Source: Collinsella sp. (GTDB lineage: Bacteria > Actinomycetota > Coriobacteriia > Coriobacteriales > Coriobacteriaceae). Taken from it: 64,000 nucleotides of DNA. This document shows, in pieces, positions 9,707 to 22,068 of the stretch (position 1 is its first letter; every line of letters starts with the position of its first letter). The translations under genes and the position numbers were made by a program. The notes under the pieces were generated by a model that worked only from the letters and a program-made list of their open reading frames with translations, was not told the DNA's origin and searched no databases. The stretch is from assembly GCA_019414545.1 (NCBI GenBank), contig DXLV01000005.1, positions 12,517 to 76,516 on the forward strand. The letters are read 5' to 3'.

Positions 9707-11089
9707 CTACAGAGACGCGATCGTTGCGTTTGCGCACTTGAGCGCACCGTCGGTGACGGTAAGCGCCACACCCTGGCCCTGCTTGTTGCAGAAGCGAGCG
9801 TTGAGCGCAACGTCATCGACAAAGATGGTCGCGATGTCGTCGTCGACGACCAGACGCACATGGTGAGTGCCCTCGCCCTTAAAGAACAACGGACGCTCGA
9901 GGCCCATGTTGTTGACCTGGAACCACGGGTACTGGGGAGCCGGCGTGAACTCGAGCTTGCCCTCGCGCAGGTTGGCGCGGAACTCATAGGCAAGACCGGT
10001 CTCGGCGTCCTCGGCGAACTTGACCGAGAAGCCGGCAGCGTTACCGCCGAGCTCAATGTCGGCATCGAGCAAGTAGGTGGAGCCGGCATCTGCGGCGAGC
10101 ACCTGCTCGACCTTGCCCGACTCGCAGGAAAGCTCAAAGGTCTCGACTGCCTTAGCCTCGCCAAAGGCGCCAAGCATGCTGTCGGGGAGCTTGGTGCCGA
10201 GCGTTCCGTCGGCACGCTGAACGATCTCGAGGGGCATAAAGGTGCCACCCCATAGGTAAGAGCTGGGGTCGCCGCCCTCGTCACGCGTAGGAACCCAACC
10301 AAAGAGAACGCGACGCTCGCCATCGAATGCGGTGCGAGCGGCGTAGTACGCGCGGCCGTCGAAGGAGTCGTCAGCGGGGGTAATCCAAGGACCGTTGATG
10401 GACTTGGACATGCGGTAACGGGTCTTGTTGCCGTCGCTGTACTCGGAAAAGACGAGGTACCACCAGTCGCCCATCTTAAAGAGATCAGGCATCTCAAACA
10501 TGGTGTACAGGCCCGGGTTCCACCAGTCGCCCTGGAACTCCCAGTTGGTCAGATCCTTGGAGGTGAACTTGACCAGGCGGCCGGTCATCAGACGCTTGTC
10601 CTCGCCCACACGCGTGCCGAGGATGAGCATGTACTCTTCGTTCTCCTCATCCCAAAGCACAAAGGGATCGCGCCAGTTGCGGTCATCGTAACCCTCCTGG
10701 GGCGGAAGCAGCGTCTCGGCGATGTTCTTCTCCCACTTGACGGCGTCGTCGCTCGTTGCGTGAAGAAGAACCTGCTTCATCAAACGTGCGCGGACCTTAT
10801 CGCGATTGCAACCAGTGTAGAGCGCATGGTACTTGTCGCCCACCTTAAACACCGTGCCGGCATAAATGTACTGGTCGACTTCCTCGTCGCCGCCGCGCTC
10901 AAGGCTCTCGCCAAAGTCCTTGTAGTTGACGAAATCCTTGGTCGTAGCGAGTGCCCAGCCAAACGGCTCTCCGAAAGGTTCGGGGTTACGCGTGTCACGC
11001 TGATGATAGAGATAGAACGTGCCGTCCTCGCCGTACGGCATGATGTCGCCTACCCAAATTCCCTCAGGCTGGTAATACACCTTGTGCAT
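9707..11089 (-). CDS. Second, divergent GH32 beta-fructofuranosidase
   Basis: WVGDIMPY, YAGTV, WRDP, MFEMPD, YYAARTAFDG motifs; no signal peptide seen. Confidence 0.85.
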   Translation of the reverse strand: MHKVYYQPEGIWVGDIMPYGEDGTFYLYHQRDTRNPEPFGEPFGWALATTKDFVNYKDFGESLERGGDEEVDQYIYAGTVFKVGDKYHALYTGCNRDKVRARLMKQVLLHATSDDAVKWEKNIAETLLPPQEGYDDRNWRDPFVLWDEENEEYMLILGTRVGEDKRLMTGRLVKFTSKDLTNWEFQGDWWNPGLYTMFEMPDLFKMGDWWYLVFSEYSDGNKTRYRMSKSINGPWITPADDSFDGRAYYAARTAFDGERRVLFGWVPTRDEGGDPSSYLWGGTFMPLEIVQRADGTLGTKLPDSMLGAFGEAKAVETFELSCESGKVEQVLAADAGSTYLLDADIELGGNAAGFSVKFAEDAETGLAYEFRANLREGKLEFTPAPQYPWFQVNNMGLERPLFFKGEGTHHVRLVVDDDIATIFVDDVALNARFCNKQGQGVALTVTDGALKCANATIASL

Positions 11090-11135
11090 CCGAGACTTCC
11101 TTTCCACGACATACTAACTCGGTACAATGGCAAGA

Positions 11136-11218
11136 TATGTCAATCGTTTTCATATGTCAAACGTTTTCATACCAATACGTCTTTTCGCAGTTCCAGTCGT
11201 CGGTAAACGGTTGACATA
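11136..11218. promoter_or_regulatory. Three LacI/ScrR-type operators (TATGTCAAwCGTTTTCATA-like)
   Basis: TATGTCAATCGTTTTCATA 11136-11154, TATGTCAAACGTTTTCATA 11153-11171, reverse copy GTAAACGGTTGACATA 11203-11218; a fourth copy, ATGTCAAACGTTTACATA, at 12303-12320 upstream of the regulator. Confidence 0.75.
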
Positions 11219-11272
11219 TGCCGGCGAACGGTCATCAGAGGCGTTTGAGGAATTCTTTTGGCACGGGATGAA

Positions 11273-12283
11273 CTACGCGGTTTTGCCCTCAATGAGTTCA
11301 ACGGGGAGCTTGATATTCGATTCGGGATTATCGCCGTTAATAAGAGCGATGATGGATTGCGCCGCGAGCTCTCCGATGCGATCGATATCTTGACGTACGG
11401 TTGTTAAGTCAGGCATAAACGTCATAGTTCGGCGGGCACCATCCGCGCCCACGACCTTAATATCGTCTGGAGCGCTCAAGCCGCGCTGCTTCATCACGTT
11501 GAGACAGATGGCCGCCATCGTATCGTCTCCCGCAAAGATGCCGTCAATATCGGGGTTCTCATCGAGGATCTTCGCAACGACCGCGCCCTTTTCGTCGTCG
11601 GGCTTAACGAACTCAACCTCACGGACAAGCGCGGACAAACCGGCCTGCTCAACAACATCGAGGTAGGCATCGGTACGCTTATTGGCAGGCATGCGCATGC
11701 GGCTATTGCTGCGCAGGCACAGGATACGCCTGCAGCCGTCATCAATCAGACGGCGCGTGGCGAGCTCGCCAATGCCATAGCTGTCACTTGCAATCTGGAC
11801 AGAGCCCTCGCCAAGATCGCAGTCGATGCCAACCAGGCTCAAGCCCATCTCGGCATATGCCTCGGCACCGATATTGAGGGAGTTGACGATGACGCCGTCG
11901 ACCATATTGCGGCGGAGCATGTCAATATAGGAACGCTCAAGATCGGGTCGATTGGCGCTGTTGCACAGCAACATCTTAAAGCCGTTTTCCGCTAACGTGC
12001 GCTCGACCGCCTGCACAACCTGAGCATGGAACGGGCTGCTCACAAAGGGAACGATCATACCGATAAGATTCAGGCGACCGTTGAGCATGGCACGGGCGAT
12101 ATCGTTGGGCGTATAGTTGATGCGCTCCATCGCGGCATGGACCTTATCGCGGGTCTCTTGGCTAATATAGCCGCGATTATTAAGCACGCGAGATACCGTA
12201 GTAGGCGAAACCCCCGCCACCGCTGCAACTTCCTTGATGCCAGGCTTAGCAGAATCCTTAGAACGAGCGCCCTCGCGAGCCAT
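11273..12283 (-). CDS. scrR: LacI-family repressor of the sucrose cluster
   Basis: IKEVAAVAGVSPTTVSRVLNNRGYIS...NYTPNDIARAM HTH_LacI plus periplasmic-binding-protein-like domain. Confidence 0.9.
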   Translation of the reverse strand: MAREGARSKDSAKPGIKEVAAVAGVSPTTVSRVLNNRGYISQETRDKVHAAMERINYTPNDIARAMLNGRLNLIGMIVPFVSSPFHAQVVQAVERTLAENGFKMLLCNSANRPDLERSYIDMLRRNMVDGVIVNSLNIGAEAYAEMGLSLVGIDCDLGEGSVQIASDSYGIGELATRRLIDDGCRRILCLRSNSRMRMPANKRTDAYLDVVEQAGLSALVREVEFVKPDDEKGAVVAKILDENPDIDGIFAGDDTMAAICLNVMKQRGLSAPDDIKVVGADGARRTMTFMPDLTTVRQDIDRIGELAAQSIIALINGDNPESNIKLPVELIEGKTA

Positions 12284-12432
12284 AGCACCCTCCCCCATCA
12301 ACATGTCAAACGTTTACATACGAACAAAGCATACCCCAACAACAGCGGGAAGACGGTAACAGCACAAGTAAGTAAACGACTCATCCAAATAATTAGGAGA
12401 GTTCCGCCTAAAGGGTGACTACACAGGACCCC

Positions 12433-12562
12433 CGCCGGGCCGCTTTGGGTTACTTTCCAAAACATTTCCGCAGGACGCAAAGGGCTCCGCCGCGCGAAGC
12501 GCGCAGCGGAGCCCTTTGCATGTCCGAGGACGTTTTGGAAAGTAACCCAAAGCGGCCCGGCG
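12433..12562. repeat. ~130-bp nested palindrome with CGAAG-capped core (family copy 1)
   Basis: ~30-bp perfect outer arms around the core TCCGCAGG..GCAAA-N6-CGCCGC-N-CGAAG-N-GCGCAGCG-N6-TTTGCATG-N-CCGAGGACG; second copy at 28708-28832. Confidence 0.85.
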
Positions 12563-12584
12563 ATCCTGCGGGAGTTAAACCCCT

Positions 12585-12836
12585 TTAGAACTTGTCATGG
12601 AAGGTACGCGAAATGACCTCGTCCTGCTGCTCCTTGGTGAGCGTGTGGAAGTTCACGGCATAGCCGGAAACGCGGATGGTCAGCTGCGGGTACTTCTCGG
12701 GGTGAGCCTGAGCGTCAAGCAGCGTCTCACGGTTGAAGACGTTGATGTTCAGGTGGTGGCCACCCTTCTCGGCGTAAGCGTCGAGCATGTGGACCAGGTT
12801 ATCGGCCTGAGTCTCGGAAACTTCAGAAACCTTCAT
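12585..12836 (-). CDS. Stand-alone glycyl-radical domain (GrcA/YfiD-like; C-terminal part of PFL)
   Basis: [37 protein letters not shown]...[12 protein letters not shown]; own strong RBS (AAGGAG) upstream. Confidence 0.93.
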   Translation of the reverse strand: MKVSEVSETQADNLVHMLDAYAEKGGHHLNINVFNRETLLDAQAHPEKYPQLTIRVSGYAVNFHTLTKEQQDEVISRTFHDKF

Positions 12837-12921
12837 AATGTGTCTCCTTCGATCGATAGGCGTCGGCCGAAACCGGCGCGCTAATCAGTAATCGTTATTG
12901 TTAGTATAGCACTAACAATAG

Positions 12922-14973
<2,052 letters not shown>

Positions 14974-15349
14974 TGTGTAACCACGCTCCTAGTTACGTGT
15001 AATGCGGCGCTCTCTCACACCGCTGCTTATTGAATTCTTGAATTTTCGGCTTGCACTACCGGCTTCTTCCGTTCTTCACCACACGTTGGTGCAGGGAAAA
15101 ACGTTTGTCCACCTTGGAACTGCAACCCAAACCCAAGATTTCACCCGTTTGAGAAGGATAACATAGCCACCCCCTTCATCAGGGCTGTTATATGTTTCTT
15201 TTTTTATAACATTGGGGTGTTTTTTACAAATCCGCAGGAAATGCGAGCGCGAACAACTACCGTTCACCGATTTGTTTAGTTTTTTCCTTGCCTTTGTACG
15301 ACGTTCACTCTAGCTGTTATGCCAGCTTTAGCAGGGTAAAGTACCTCTG

Positions 15350-15455
15350 AGTAGGCTTTAGGACATGCCTAACGATCTGCCCCTAACTTTGCTGGCACCG
15401 ACGGCGTACGGAGGTCGCCTAAAGGTAGTTTTCTAGGCATGTCCCAAAATCTACT
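15350..15455. repeat. Short element with imperfect 22-bp terminal inverted repeats (MITE/REPIN-like)
   Basis: AGTAGGCTTTAGGACATGCCTA ... TAGGCATGTCCCAAAATCTACT; similar ends at 22116-22231. Confidence 0.6.
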
Positions 15456-15521
15456 GCATAGGGTGCGCGTGCAAGGGTATCATCTTTCACCGAAAATAGT
15501 TTCTAGTGTTAGGGGTTTTCG

Positions 15522-15971
15522 GTGGAAGATACCGATTTCCGTGAACTTGGACGTCAGCTCCTTACCGAGTTCGGCAGCATGCATCAGCGCATTTCGCGCT
15601 TTGCGGACAAAGCCCTCGGCGGCGAGATGGCCGTCATGCGCGCCCTCATACTCGCCGGCGGTTCGCTCACGCCGAGCGAACTCGCTGATCGCGCCTGGGT
15701 CTCGAGCGCCCGCATCGCCAATATTCTGCGCTCCCTCGAGGCCAAGGGCTGGGTCGAGCGCGAGCACTCAAAGACTGACCGTCGTCGCGTACACGTCATA
15801 GTGACCGACAAGGGATTCCAGGATCTCGAAATCAAACGTCGGGAATTCGAGGCCCGCACCGCGGCTTTCCTCGAGCAGCTCGGCGAAACAGATACCCAAG
15901 AGATGGTGCGCCTTCTTAGGCGTGCCAACGAAATTATCGACCGCAATCAAGAAAGGAGAGATGCCGAGTGA
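15522..15971 (+). CDS. MarR-family regulator
   Basis: LTPSELADRAWVSSARIANILRSLEAKGWVEREHSKTDRRRVHVIVTDKG. Confidence 0.92.
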   Translation: MEDTDFRELGRQLLTEFGSMHQRISRFADKALGGEMAVMRALILAGGSLTPSELADRAWVSSARIANILRSLEAKGWVEREHSKTDRRRVHVIVTDKGFQDLEIKRREFEARTAAFLEQLGETDTQEMVRLLRRANEIIDRNQERRDAE

Positions 15972-18337
15972 GGATTCTCAAGCTCTTTAAAAAGCATATC
16001 CTGGCACTGTTCGCAGCTATCGTGCTTATCGTAATCAGCTGCAACGCCGATCTGGCGCTGCCTACCTATATGAGCGACATCGTCGACGTGGGCGTGCAGC
16101 AAGGCGGCATCGCCTCGCCCGTACCCGACACCATCCGCGCCGAATCGCTCGACGACCTTGAACTCTTTATGAGCACCAAGGACGCCAAAGCTGTGGAGGC
16201 CGTGTTTAGCAAGGCTGACAAAAATGGCATTCGAACGTATAAGGGTACCGAGGAAGAGCGTGCCGATGGAGGCAAGATTGCCGACATTATGAGCCTGCCC
16301 GAGACTGTCGTCCTTTCGCTCGACCAGGGCATTGACGCCGACTCCATGGGCGACATGACCGGCACGTCCACCGAGGCAAGCGATGGCGGCGCCGCTCAGG
16401 CCATGCCCACCCCCGAGCAGATGGCGGCGATGACGCCCGAGCAGCTCGCCGAGATGCAGCAGAAGGCCGCAGCCGCGCAGAGCATGCAAAAGCAGATCGA
16501 CGCCGACGGCGGCAAGATCACCATGAAGAGCCTGCGCCTAGGCGTTGAAGGCGGTCTTATCGATCAGGGCAAGCTCGTCGAGGGCGCCAACGATATGGCA
16601 GACAAAATGGGCTCCATGTCGGGCTCCATCGTCACCCAGCGCGCCGTGAGCTATGTACAGGACGAGTACAAGGCACAGGGCATCGACCCCGCCGACGTGC
16701 AAAACGCCTACCTGAGCCGCATGGCGACCACGATGTTTGGCCTGTGTCTGATCTCGCTGGTCGCCACCATCCTGACCGGCGCCGTGGCCTCGCGCACCGC
16801 CTGCTCCATCGCCCGCGACCTGCGCCGCGAGACCTTCAACAAGGTTATGCACTTCTCGCCGGCCGAGGTGGGCAAGTTTAGCCAGGCCTCGCTCATCACC
16901 CGCTGCACCAACGACATTCAGCAGATCCAGATGGCCGCAACCCTGTTTATCCGCATGTGCCTGATGGCCCCCGTCATGGGCATCGTCGCTGTCATGCGCG
17001 TCCTGGCCAACCACACCGGCCTGGAGTGGACCATCGCCGTAGCCATCATCGCGGTCTCGGCCGTCGTCGGCGTGCTCATGGGCCTCACCATGCCAAAGTT
17101 CAAAAAGATGCAGAGCTTTGTGGACCGCGTGAACCTTACCGCCCGCGAGCTGCTCGACGGCCTGATGCCCATCCGCTCGTTCAACCGCGAAGAACATGAG
17201 CTCGAGCGCTTTGACAAGGCTTCGCTCGACCTGATGACCACGCAGCTCTACACCAACCGCGCCATGAGCTTTATGATGCCGCTCATGATGCTCGTCATGA
17301 ACTGCATCACCGTGCTTATCGTCTGGTTTGGCGCGCAGGGCGTGTCCGACGGCGTGATGCAGGTCGGCAACATGATGGCGTTTATCTCCTACACCATGCA
17401 GATCGTCATGGCGTTTATGATCCTCACCATGGTTTCGGTTATCCTGCCCCGTGCCGAGGTCGCAGCCGAGCGCGTGGAAGAGGTCATCACTTGCCCCACC
17501 AGCATCAACGACCCCGTCTCGCCCAAACTGCCCGCGGCCAGCGCGACGCGCGGCGAGCTCACCTTCCGCGACGTGAGCTTCCAGTATCCCGATGCCCGCG
17601 CCGACGTCATCAGCGGCGTGAACTTCACCACGCATGCCGGTCAGATGCTCGGCATTATTGGCTCCACGGGCTCGGGCAAGTCCACGCTCGTGCAGCTGAT
17701 TCCGCGCCTGTACGACGTCACGGGCGGCAGCATTTCGCTCGACGGCATCGATGTGCGCGACATGACACTTTCCGAGCTGCGCCGCCGCATCGGTTATATT
17801 CCGCAGCAGGGTCGTCTATTCTCGGGTACCGTCGAGAGCAACCTCAAGTTTGCCGGCGACATGGTGAGTGACGAGGATATGCGCCAGGCAGCACGCGTCG
17901 CCCAGGCGGAGGACTTTATCGCCGAGCGCGAGGACGGGTACGACTCCCCTATCAGCCAGGGCGGCTCCAATGTTTCGGGTGGTCAGCGCCAGCGTCTGGC
18001 CATCGCCCGCGCGTTGGCTAAAAAGCCCGAGGTCGTGGTGTTCGATGACTCGTTTAGTGCCCTCGACTACAAGACCGACGCGCGCCTACGCGAGGAGCTG
18101 GCCAAAAACGTTACCGACGCCGCGCTCGTGGTCGTGGCCCAGCGCATCGCGACCATCATGCACGCCGACCAGATCATCGTGCTCGACGACGGCCACGTAG
18201 TGGGCACCGGCACGCACGAGGAGCTGCTGCGCAGCTGCCCGGCGTACCTGGAGATCGCACAGTCGCAGCTTTCCGCCGAGGAGCTGGGGCTTACCCAAGA
18301 AGAAATTGCAGCCGTCATGGAAGGAGGCGAGCGCTAA
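15968..18337 (+). CDS. ABC exporter subunit 1 (TMD+NBD) with a large extracytoplasmic insertion
   Basis: GSTGSGKST, VSGGQRQRLAIARAL, degenerate Walker B VFDDSFSALD; overlaps marR by 4 nt. Confidence 0.93.
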   Translation: MRILKLFKKHILALFAAIVLIVISCNADLALPTYMSDIVDVGVQQGGIASPVPDTIRAESLDDLELFMSTKDAKAVEAVFSKADKNGIRTYKGTEEERADGGKIADIMSLPETVVLSLDQGIDADSMGDMTGTSTEASDGGAAQAMPTPEQMAAMTPEQLAEMQQKAAAAQSMQKQIDADGGKITMKSLRLGVEGGLIDQGKLVEGANDMADKMGSMSGSIVTQRAVSYVQDEYKAQGIDPADVQNAYLSRMATTMFGLCLISLVATILTGAVASRTACSIARDLRRETFNKVMHFSPAEVGKFSQASLITRCTNDIQQIQMAATLFIRMCLMAPVMGIVAVMRVLANHTGLEWTIAVAIIAVSAVVGVLMGLTMPKFKKMQSFVDRVNLTARELLDGLMPIRSFNREEHELERFDKASLDLMTTQLYTNRAMSFMMPLMMLVMNCITVLIVWFGAQGVSDGVMQVGNMMAFISYTMQIVMAFMILTMVSVILPRAEVAAERVEEVITCPTSINDPVSPKLPAASATRGELTFRDVSFQYPDARADVISGVNFTTHAGQMLGIIGSTGSGKSTLVQLIPRLYDVTGGSISLDGIDVRDMTLSELRRRIGYIPQQGRLFSGTVESNLKFAGDMVSDEDMRQAARVAQAEDFIAEREDGYDSPISQGGSNVSGGQRQRLAIARALAKKPEVVVFDDSFSALDYKTDARLREELAKNVTDAALVVVAQRIATIMHADQIIVLDDGHVVGTGTHEELLRSCPAYLEIAQSQLSAEELGLTQEEIAAVMEGGER

Positions 18338-20193
18338 TGGCAGACGAGACCAAGGCTCAGATTCCCAAGCCCACCCGCCAGCGTGGTCCCATGGGCCGCA
18401 TGGGCGGCATGCGTCGCGGCGAAAAGGCCAAGGACTTTAAGGGCACCATGAGGCAGCTGCTCGGCTATATCGGCCAGCACAAGATTGCCGTGTTTGCCGC
18501 CGTCGCCTTTGCCGTGTGCTCGGTCATCTTTAATATTGTGGGACCCAAGATGCTCGGTCAGGTTACCACCAAGCTGTTCGAGGGCCTGGTTGCCAAGGTC
18601 AACGGCACCGGCGATGTCGACTTTAACTGGATCGCTAAGACGCTCGGCTTTTTGCTCTGCCTGTATCTGGCGAGCTCTGCCTGCAGCCTGATCCAGGGCT
18701 GGCTCATGACCGGTGTCACGCAAAAGATCTGCTACCGCATGCGCAAGGAGATTGCCGCCAAGATTGCCGTCGTGCCGATGAGCTACTTCAACGGCCACAG
18801 CAAGGGCGACGTGCTCAGCCGCATCACCAACGACGTCGATACGCTCGGCCAGTCGCTCAACCAGAGCGTGACGCAGCTTATTACGTCCGTCACGCAGATT
18901 ATCGGCGTCCTCGTCATGATGCTGTCGATCAGCCTGCCGCTCACCGGCGTCACCGTGCTCACGCTGCCGGCCGCCGCGATTATCTTGATGGTGATGATTC
19001 ACTTCTCGCAGCCGTACTTCCGCGAGCAGCAGCAGGTCCTAGGCACCGTCAACGGCATTATCGAGGAGGATTTTGCCGGCCAGAACGTCATTCAGGTGTT
19101 CGACCGCGCCGAGGCTTCGATCGAGGAGTTCGACCGTCAAAACGACCGCCTCTTTATTAGTGGCTGGCGCTCGCAGTTCCTGTCGGGCCTGATGATGCCG
19201 CTCATGAGCCTGGTAGGCAACATGGGTTACGTGGGCGTCGTCGTGGTGGGCGCGCAGCTTGCACTGACCGGCAATGCCACGCCCGGCGACATCCAGAGCT
19301 TTATCCAGTACGTTCGCAACTTTACGCAACCCGTGCAGCAGCTGGGCAACGTGAGCAACACGATGCAGTCGATGGCCGCTGCCACCGAGCGTGTCTTTGA
19401 GTTCCTGGCCGCACCCGAGGAGGAGCAAAAAGCCGACGCGCAGATTCCCGAGAAGCGCCCCGGCCATGTGGAGTTCGACCACGTCAAGTTTGGCTACACG
19501 CCCGACAAGACCATCATCCACGACTTTAGCTGCGAGGCGCAGCCCGGCCAGACCATCGCCATCGTCGGCCCCACCGGCGCCGGCAAGACCACGCTCATTA
19601 AGCTGCTGCAGCGTTTTTACGACGTGGACGGCGGTTCGCTGCGCGTCGAGGGCGTCGACGTGCGCGACTGGGACCGCGCGGCGCTGCGCGGCGAGTTTGC
19701 CATGGTGCTGCAGGACACCTGGCTGTTTAACGGTACCATCCGCGAGAACATCCGTTACGGACGCCCCGATGCGAGCGATGCCGAGGTCGAAGCCGCTGCA
19801 CGTGCCGCACGCTGCGACCACTTTATCCATACGCTCGCCGGCGGCTACGACTTCATGATCAACGAGGAGGGCACTAACCTATCGCAGGGTCAGCGCCAGC
19901 TCGTGACCATCGCCCGCGCCATTTTGGCCGACCGCCCGGCGCTAATTCTGGACGAGGCAACCTCCAACGTTGACACTCGTACCGAGGAGCTTATTCAGCG
20001 TGCCATGGATGCGCTGATGCAGGGCCGTACGAGCTTTGTCATCGCTCACCGCCTGTCCACGATCCGCAACGCCGACGTAATCTTGGTGATTCGCGACGGC
20101 GACATCGTCGAGAAGGGCACACACGACGAGTTGCTCGCCCAGGGTGGCTTCTACGCCGACCTGTACAACTCGCAGTTCGACGAGGCGGCGTAA
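18337..20193 (+). CDS. ABC exporter subunit 2 (heterodimer partner)
   Basis: GPTGAGKTT, LSQGQRQL, LDEATSNVD, IAHRLST; TAATG translational coupling. Confidence 0.94.
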   Translation: MADETKAQIPKPTRQRGPMGRMGGMRRGEKAKDFKGTMRQLLGYIGQHKIAVFAAVAFAVCSVIFNIVGPKMLGQVTTKLFEGLVAKVNGTGDVDFNWIAKTLGFLLCLYLASSACSLIQGWLMTGVTQKICYRMRKEIAAKIAVVPMSYFNGHSKGDVLSRITNDVDTLGQSLNQSVTQLITSVTQIIGVLVMMLSISLPLTGVTVLTLPAAAIILMVMIHFSQPYFREQQQVLGTVNGIIEEDFAGQNVIQVFDRAEASIEEFDRQNDRLFISGWRSQFLSGLMMPLMSLVGNMGYVGVVVVGAQLALTGNATPGDIQSFIQYVRNFTQPVQQLGNVSNTMQSMAAATERVFEFLAAPEEEQKADAQIPEKRPGHVEFDHVKFGYTPDKTIIHDFSCEAQPGQTIAIVGPTGAGKTTLIKLLQRFYDVDGGSLRVEGVDVRDWDRAALRGEFAMVLQDTWLFNGTIRENIRYGRPDASDAEVEAAARAARCDHFIHTLAGGYDFMINEEGTNLSQGQRQLVTIARAILADRPALILDEATSNVDTRTEELIQRAMDALMQGRTSFVIAHRLSTIRNADVILVIRDGDIVEKGTHDELLAQGGFYADLYNSQFDEAA

Positions 20194-20224
20194 ATTCTGC
20201 CGCAGGGAACGAATAACGCCCGAG

Positions 20225-20264
20225 AACGGGGGCGCAGGGCAACCTGCGCCCCCGTTTTTGTTTT
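20225..20264 (+). terminator. Rho-independent terminator
   Basis: AACGGGGGCGCAGG-gcaa-CCTGCGCCCCCGTT followed by TTTGTTTT. Confidence 0.85.
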
Positions 20265-20314
20265 GCAGCCCTCGAAGCGCCTTCCCTGAGACCTCATTGA
20301 CGGCGTTTTCCAGA

Positions 20315-20552
20315 CCCCGTGGGCAAAAAAGAGCAAATATGAGTACTGTTACCTTTTTAGTAACAGCCAAAACCGCCTCAAACGACCTCTTTGCGGCCTC
20401 TATTCGCCTTCAAATTAATCAAAACGCCCGTTAGCAGGCTTCTGCCTGCCAACGTTAATGAGCATATTTATCACTTTGTCTATTATCTCGCTAGACGGAT
20501 ATGTTACTAGGTTAGCAACAGTACTCATATTTGGCATTTTTTGCCCACAGGG
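20315..20552. mobile_element. MITE-like element with ~50-bp imperfect terminal inverted repeats
   Basis: Left GTGGGCAAAAAAGAGCAAATATGAGTACTGTTACCTTTTTAGTAACA versus right TGTTACTAGGTTAGCAACAGTACTCATATTTGGCATTTTTTGCCCAC; AT-rich interior with no credible gene. Confidence 0.6.
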
Positions 20553-20771
20553 TGTTTCCCGGGGAACCGACAACAGCCTTAGGGCCCCACGCGGCGCCAC
20601 TCGCTCCCGGCATCCGCCGACGTCTCCCCAGATAAAGCCTGCCAAAATAAACCTGTCCCTTTTTGGCAGGTTTCGGGGTGACAAGGGCTTGCACTTTAGC
20701 GTGCGACAGCGGATAATTCCGGACACTCGACAATACGCTTATTGCTCTTTCTATAGATTGAGGAGGCCCCT

Positions 20772-21803
20772 ATGGCCATGGAATTCAAACGCAAGTTGCC
20801 AATCCCCATGGAGATCCGCGAGGAAATGCCGCTTTCTGCCGAGCTTACCGCCAAAAAGCAGGCATTTGACGCCGAGGTCGCCAAAGTCTTTACCGGCGAG
20901 GACGCACGCAAGGTGCTCATCATCGGCCCGTGCTCTGCCGACCGCGAGGATTCGGTACTTGAGTACATGAACCGACTGGCCAAGACCGCCGAGGAGGTCA
21001 AGGACAAGCTCATCATCATTCCGCGCGTCTACACCAATAAGCCGCGCACCAAGGGCACCGGCTACAAGGGCCTTCTGCACAACCCCAACCCCGAGGCTCC
21101 CGACGACCTGCTCGAGGGCGTCAAGGCCATCCGCCATATGCACCTGCGTGTTATTGAGGAAACGGGCTTCTTCACCGCCGACGAGATGCTCTATCCGTCC
21201 AACTACCAGTACCTCGTTGACCTGCTGAGCTATGTTGCCGTGGGCGCACGCTCGGTCGAGAACCAGGAGCATCGTCTGGTGTCGAGCGGCATTTCGGTAC
21301 CCGTCGGCATGAAGAATCCCACTGCTGGCTCTACCACCGTTATGCTCAACTCCATTTACGCCGCGCAGGCGCACCAGAGCTTCATCTTCCGCAACTGGGA
21401 GGTCGAGTGCGACGGCAATCCGCTCGCGCACGCCGTTATGCGTGGCTACATCGGTCTCGACGGTCGTACCTACCCCAACTACCACTACGAGCACCTGGAG
21501 CGCCTGGCCGAACGCTACACCGAGCACGCCGGCTATGCCAATCCGGCAGCGGTCATCGACTGCAACCACGACAACTCGGGTAAGCGCCCGCTGGAGCAGT
21601 ATCGCATTTGCAAGGAGGTGCTCGACAGCTGCCGCCGCAACGAGTCCATCTCCAAGCTGGTCAAGGGCTTTATGATCGAGTCCTACCTGGAAGACGGCAA
21701 CCAGCCGGTCGACGGCGGTGTCTTTGGCAAGTCGATCACCGACCCGTGCCTGGGCTGGGAAAAGACCGACTACCTCATCCACGAGATCGCGGAACGTATT
21801 TAG
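20772..21803 (+). CDS. Class I-alpha DAHP synthase (3-deoxy-7-phosphoheptulonate synthase)
   Basis: IIGPCS, RVYTNKPRT, AVGARSVENQEHR, GMKNPT, IDCNHDNS, MIESYL, KSITDPCLGW motifs. Confidence 0.93.
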   Translation: MAMEFKRKLPIPMEIREEMPLSAELTAKKQAFDAEVAKVFTGEDARKVLIIGPCSADREDSVLEYMNRLAKTAEEVKDKLIIIPRVYTNKPRTKGTGYKGLLHNPNPEAPDDLLEGVKAIRHMHLRVIEETGFFTADEMLYPSNYQYLVDLLSYVAVGARSVENQEHRLVSSGISVPVGMKNPTAGSTTVMLNSIYAAQAHQSFIFRNWEVECDGNPLAHAVMRGYIGLDGRTYPNYHYEHLERLAERYTEHAGYANPAAVIDCNHDNSGKRPLEQYRICKEVLDSCRRNESISKLVKGFMIESYLEDGNQPVDGGVFGKSITDPCLGWEKTDYLIHEIAERI

Positions 21804-21980
21804 AGTTACGGCGTTTTACCAAACGCTGTAACGGCTCGACGCTGCGCGGGCCGCACCTGTACAATCTGACGTTCAACTTCAAGGGCGCGACCAGAAGGTC
21901 AGCGCCCTTTCGTTTCACGTCACCTTGTCTCAAATGCGACCCGCTCGCTATCCGTCCTCTACCTGCGGCGTTGTCTTGCT
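21804..21980 (+). repeat. ~180-nt multi-hairpin repeat starting immediately after a stop codon (copy A)
   Basis: Homologous to 38733-38910 (-) and, in its first 75 nt, to 36675-36747 (-). Confidence 0.8.
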
Positions 21981-21993
21981 CCGGATGCGGCAG

Positions 21994-22068
21994 TTAGGGA
22001 CGTTCCTTTTCTAGTCATTGGGGACGTTCTTGTTTGACTAGTCGTTTAAGAACGTCCCCAACGACTAC
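21994..22068. repeat. Cluster of GGGACGTTC / ACGTCCCC REP-like units
   Basis: TAGGGACGTTC, TAGTCATTGGGGACGTTCTTGTTTGACTA, TAGTCGTTTAAGAACGTCCCCAACGACTA. Confidence 0.65.

Noticed and set aside
14974..15340. ZTP (pfl) riboswitch or Rex operator upstream of pflB
   Set aside because: I could not match the consensus of either by eye.
16400..16490. TPEQMAAM/TPEQLAEM repeat in the ABC exporter loop
   Set aside because: Short low-complexity duplication in a variable extracellular loop; not distinctive.
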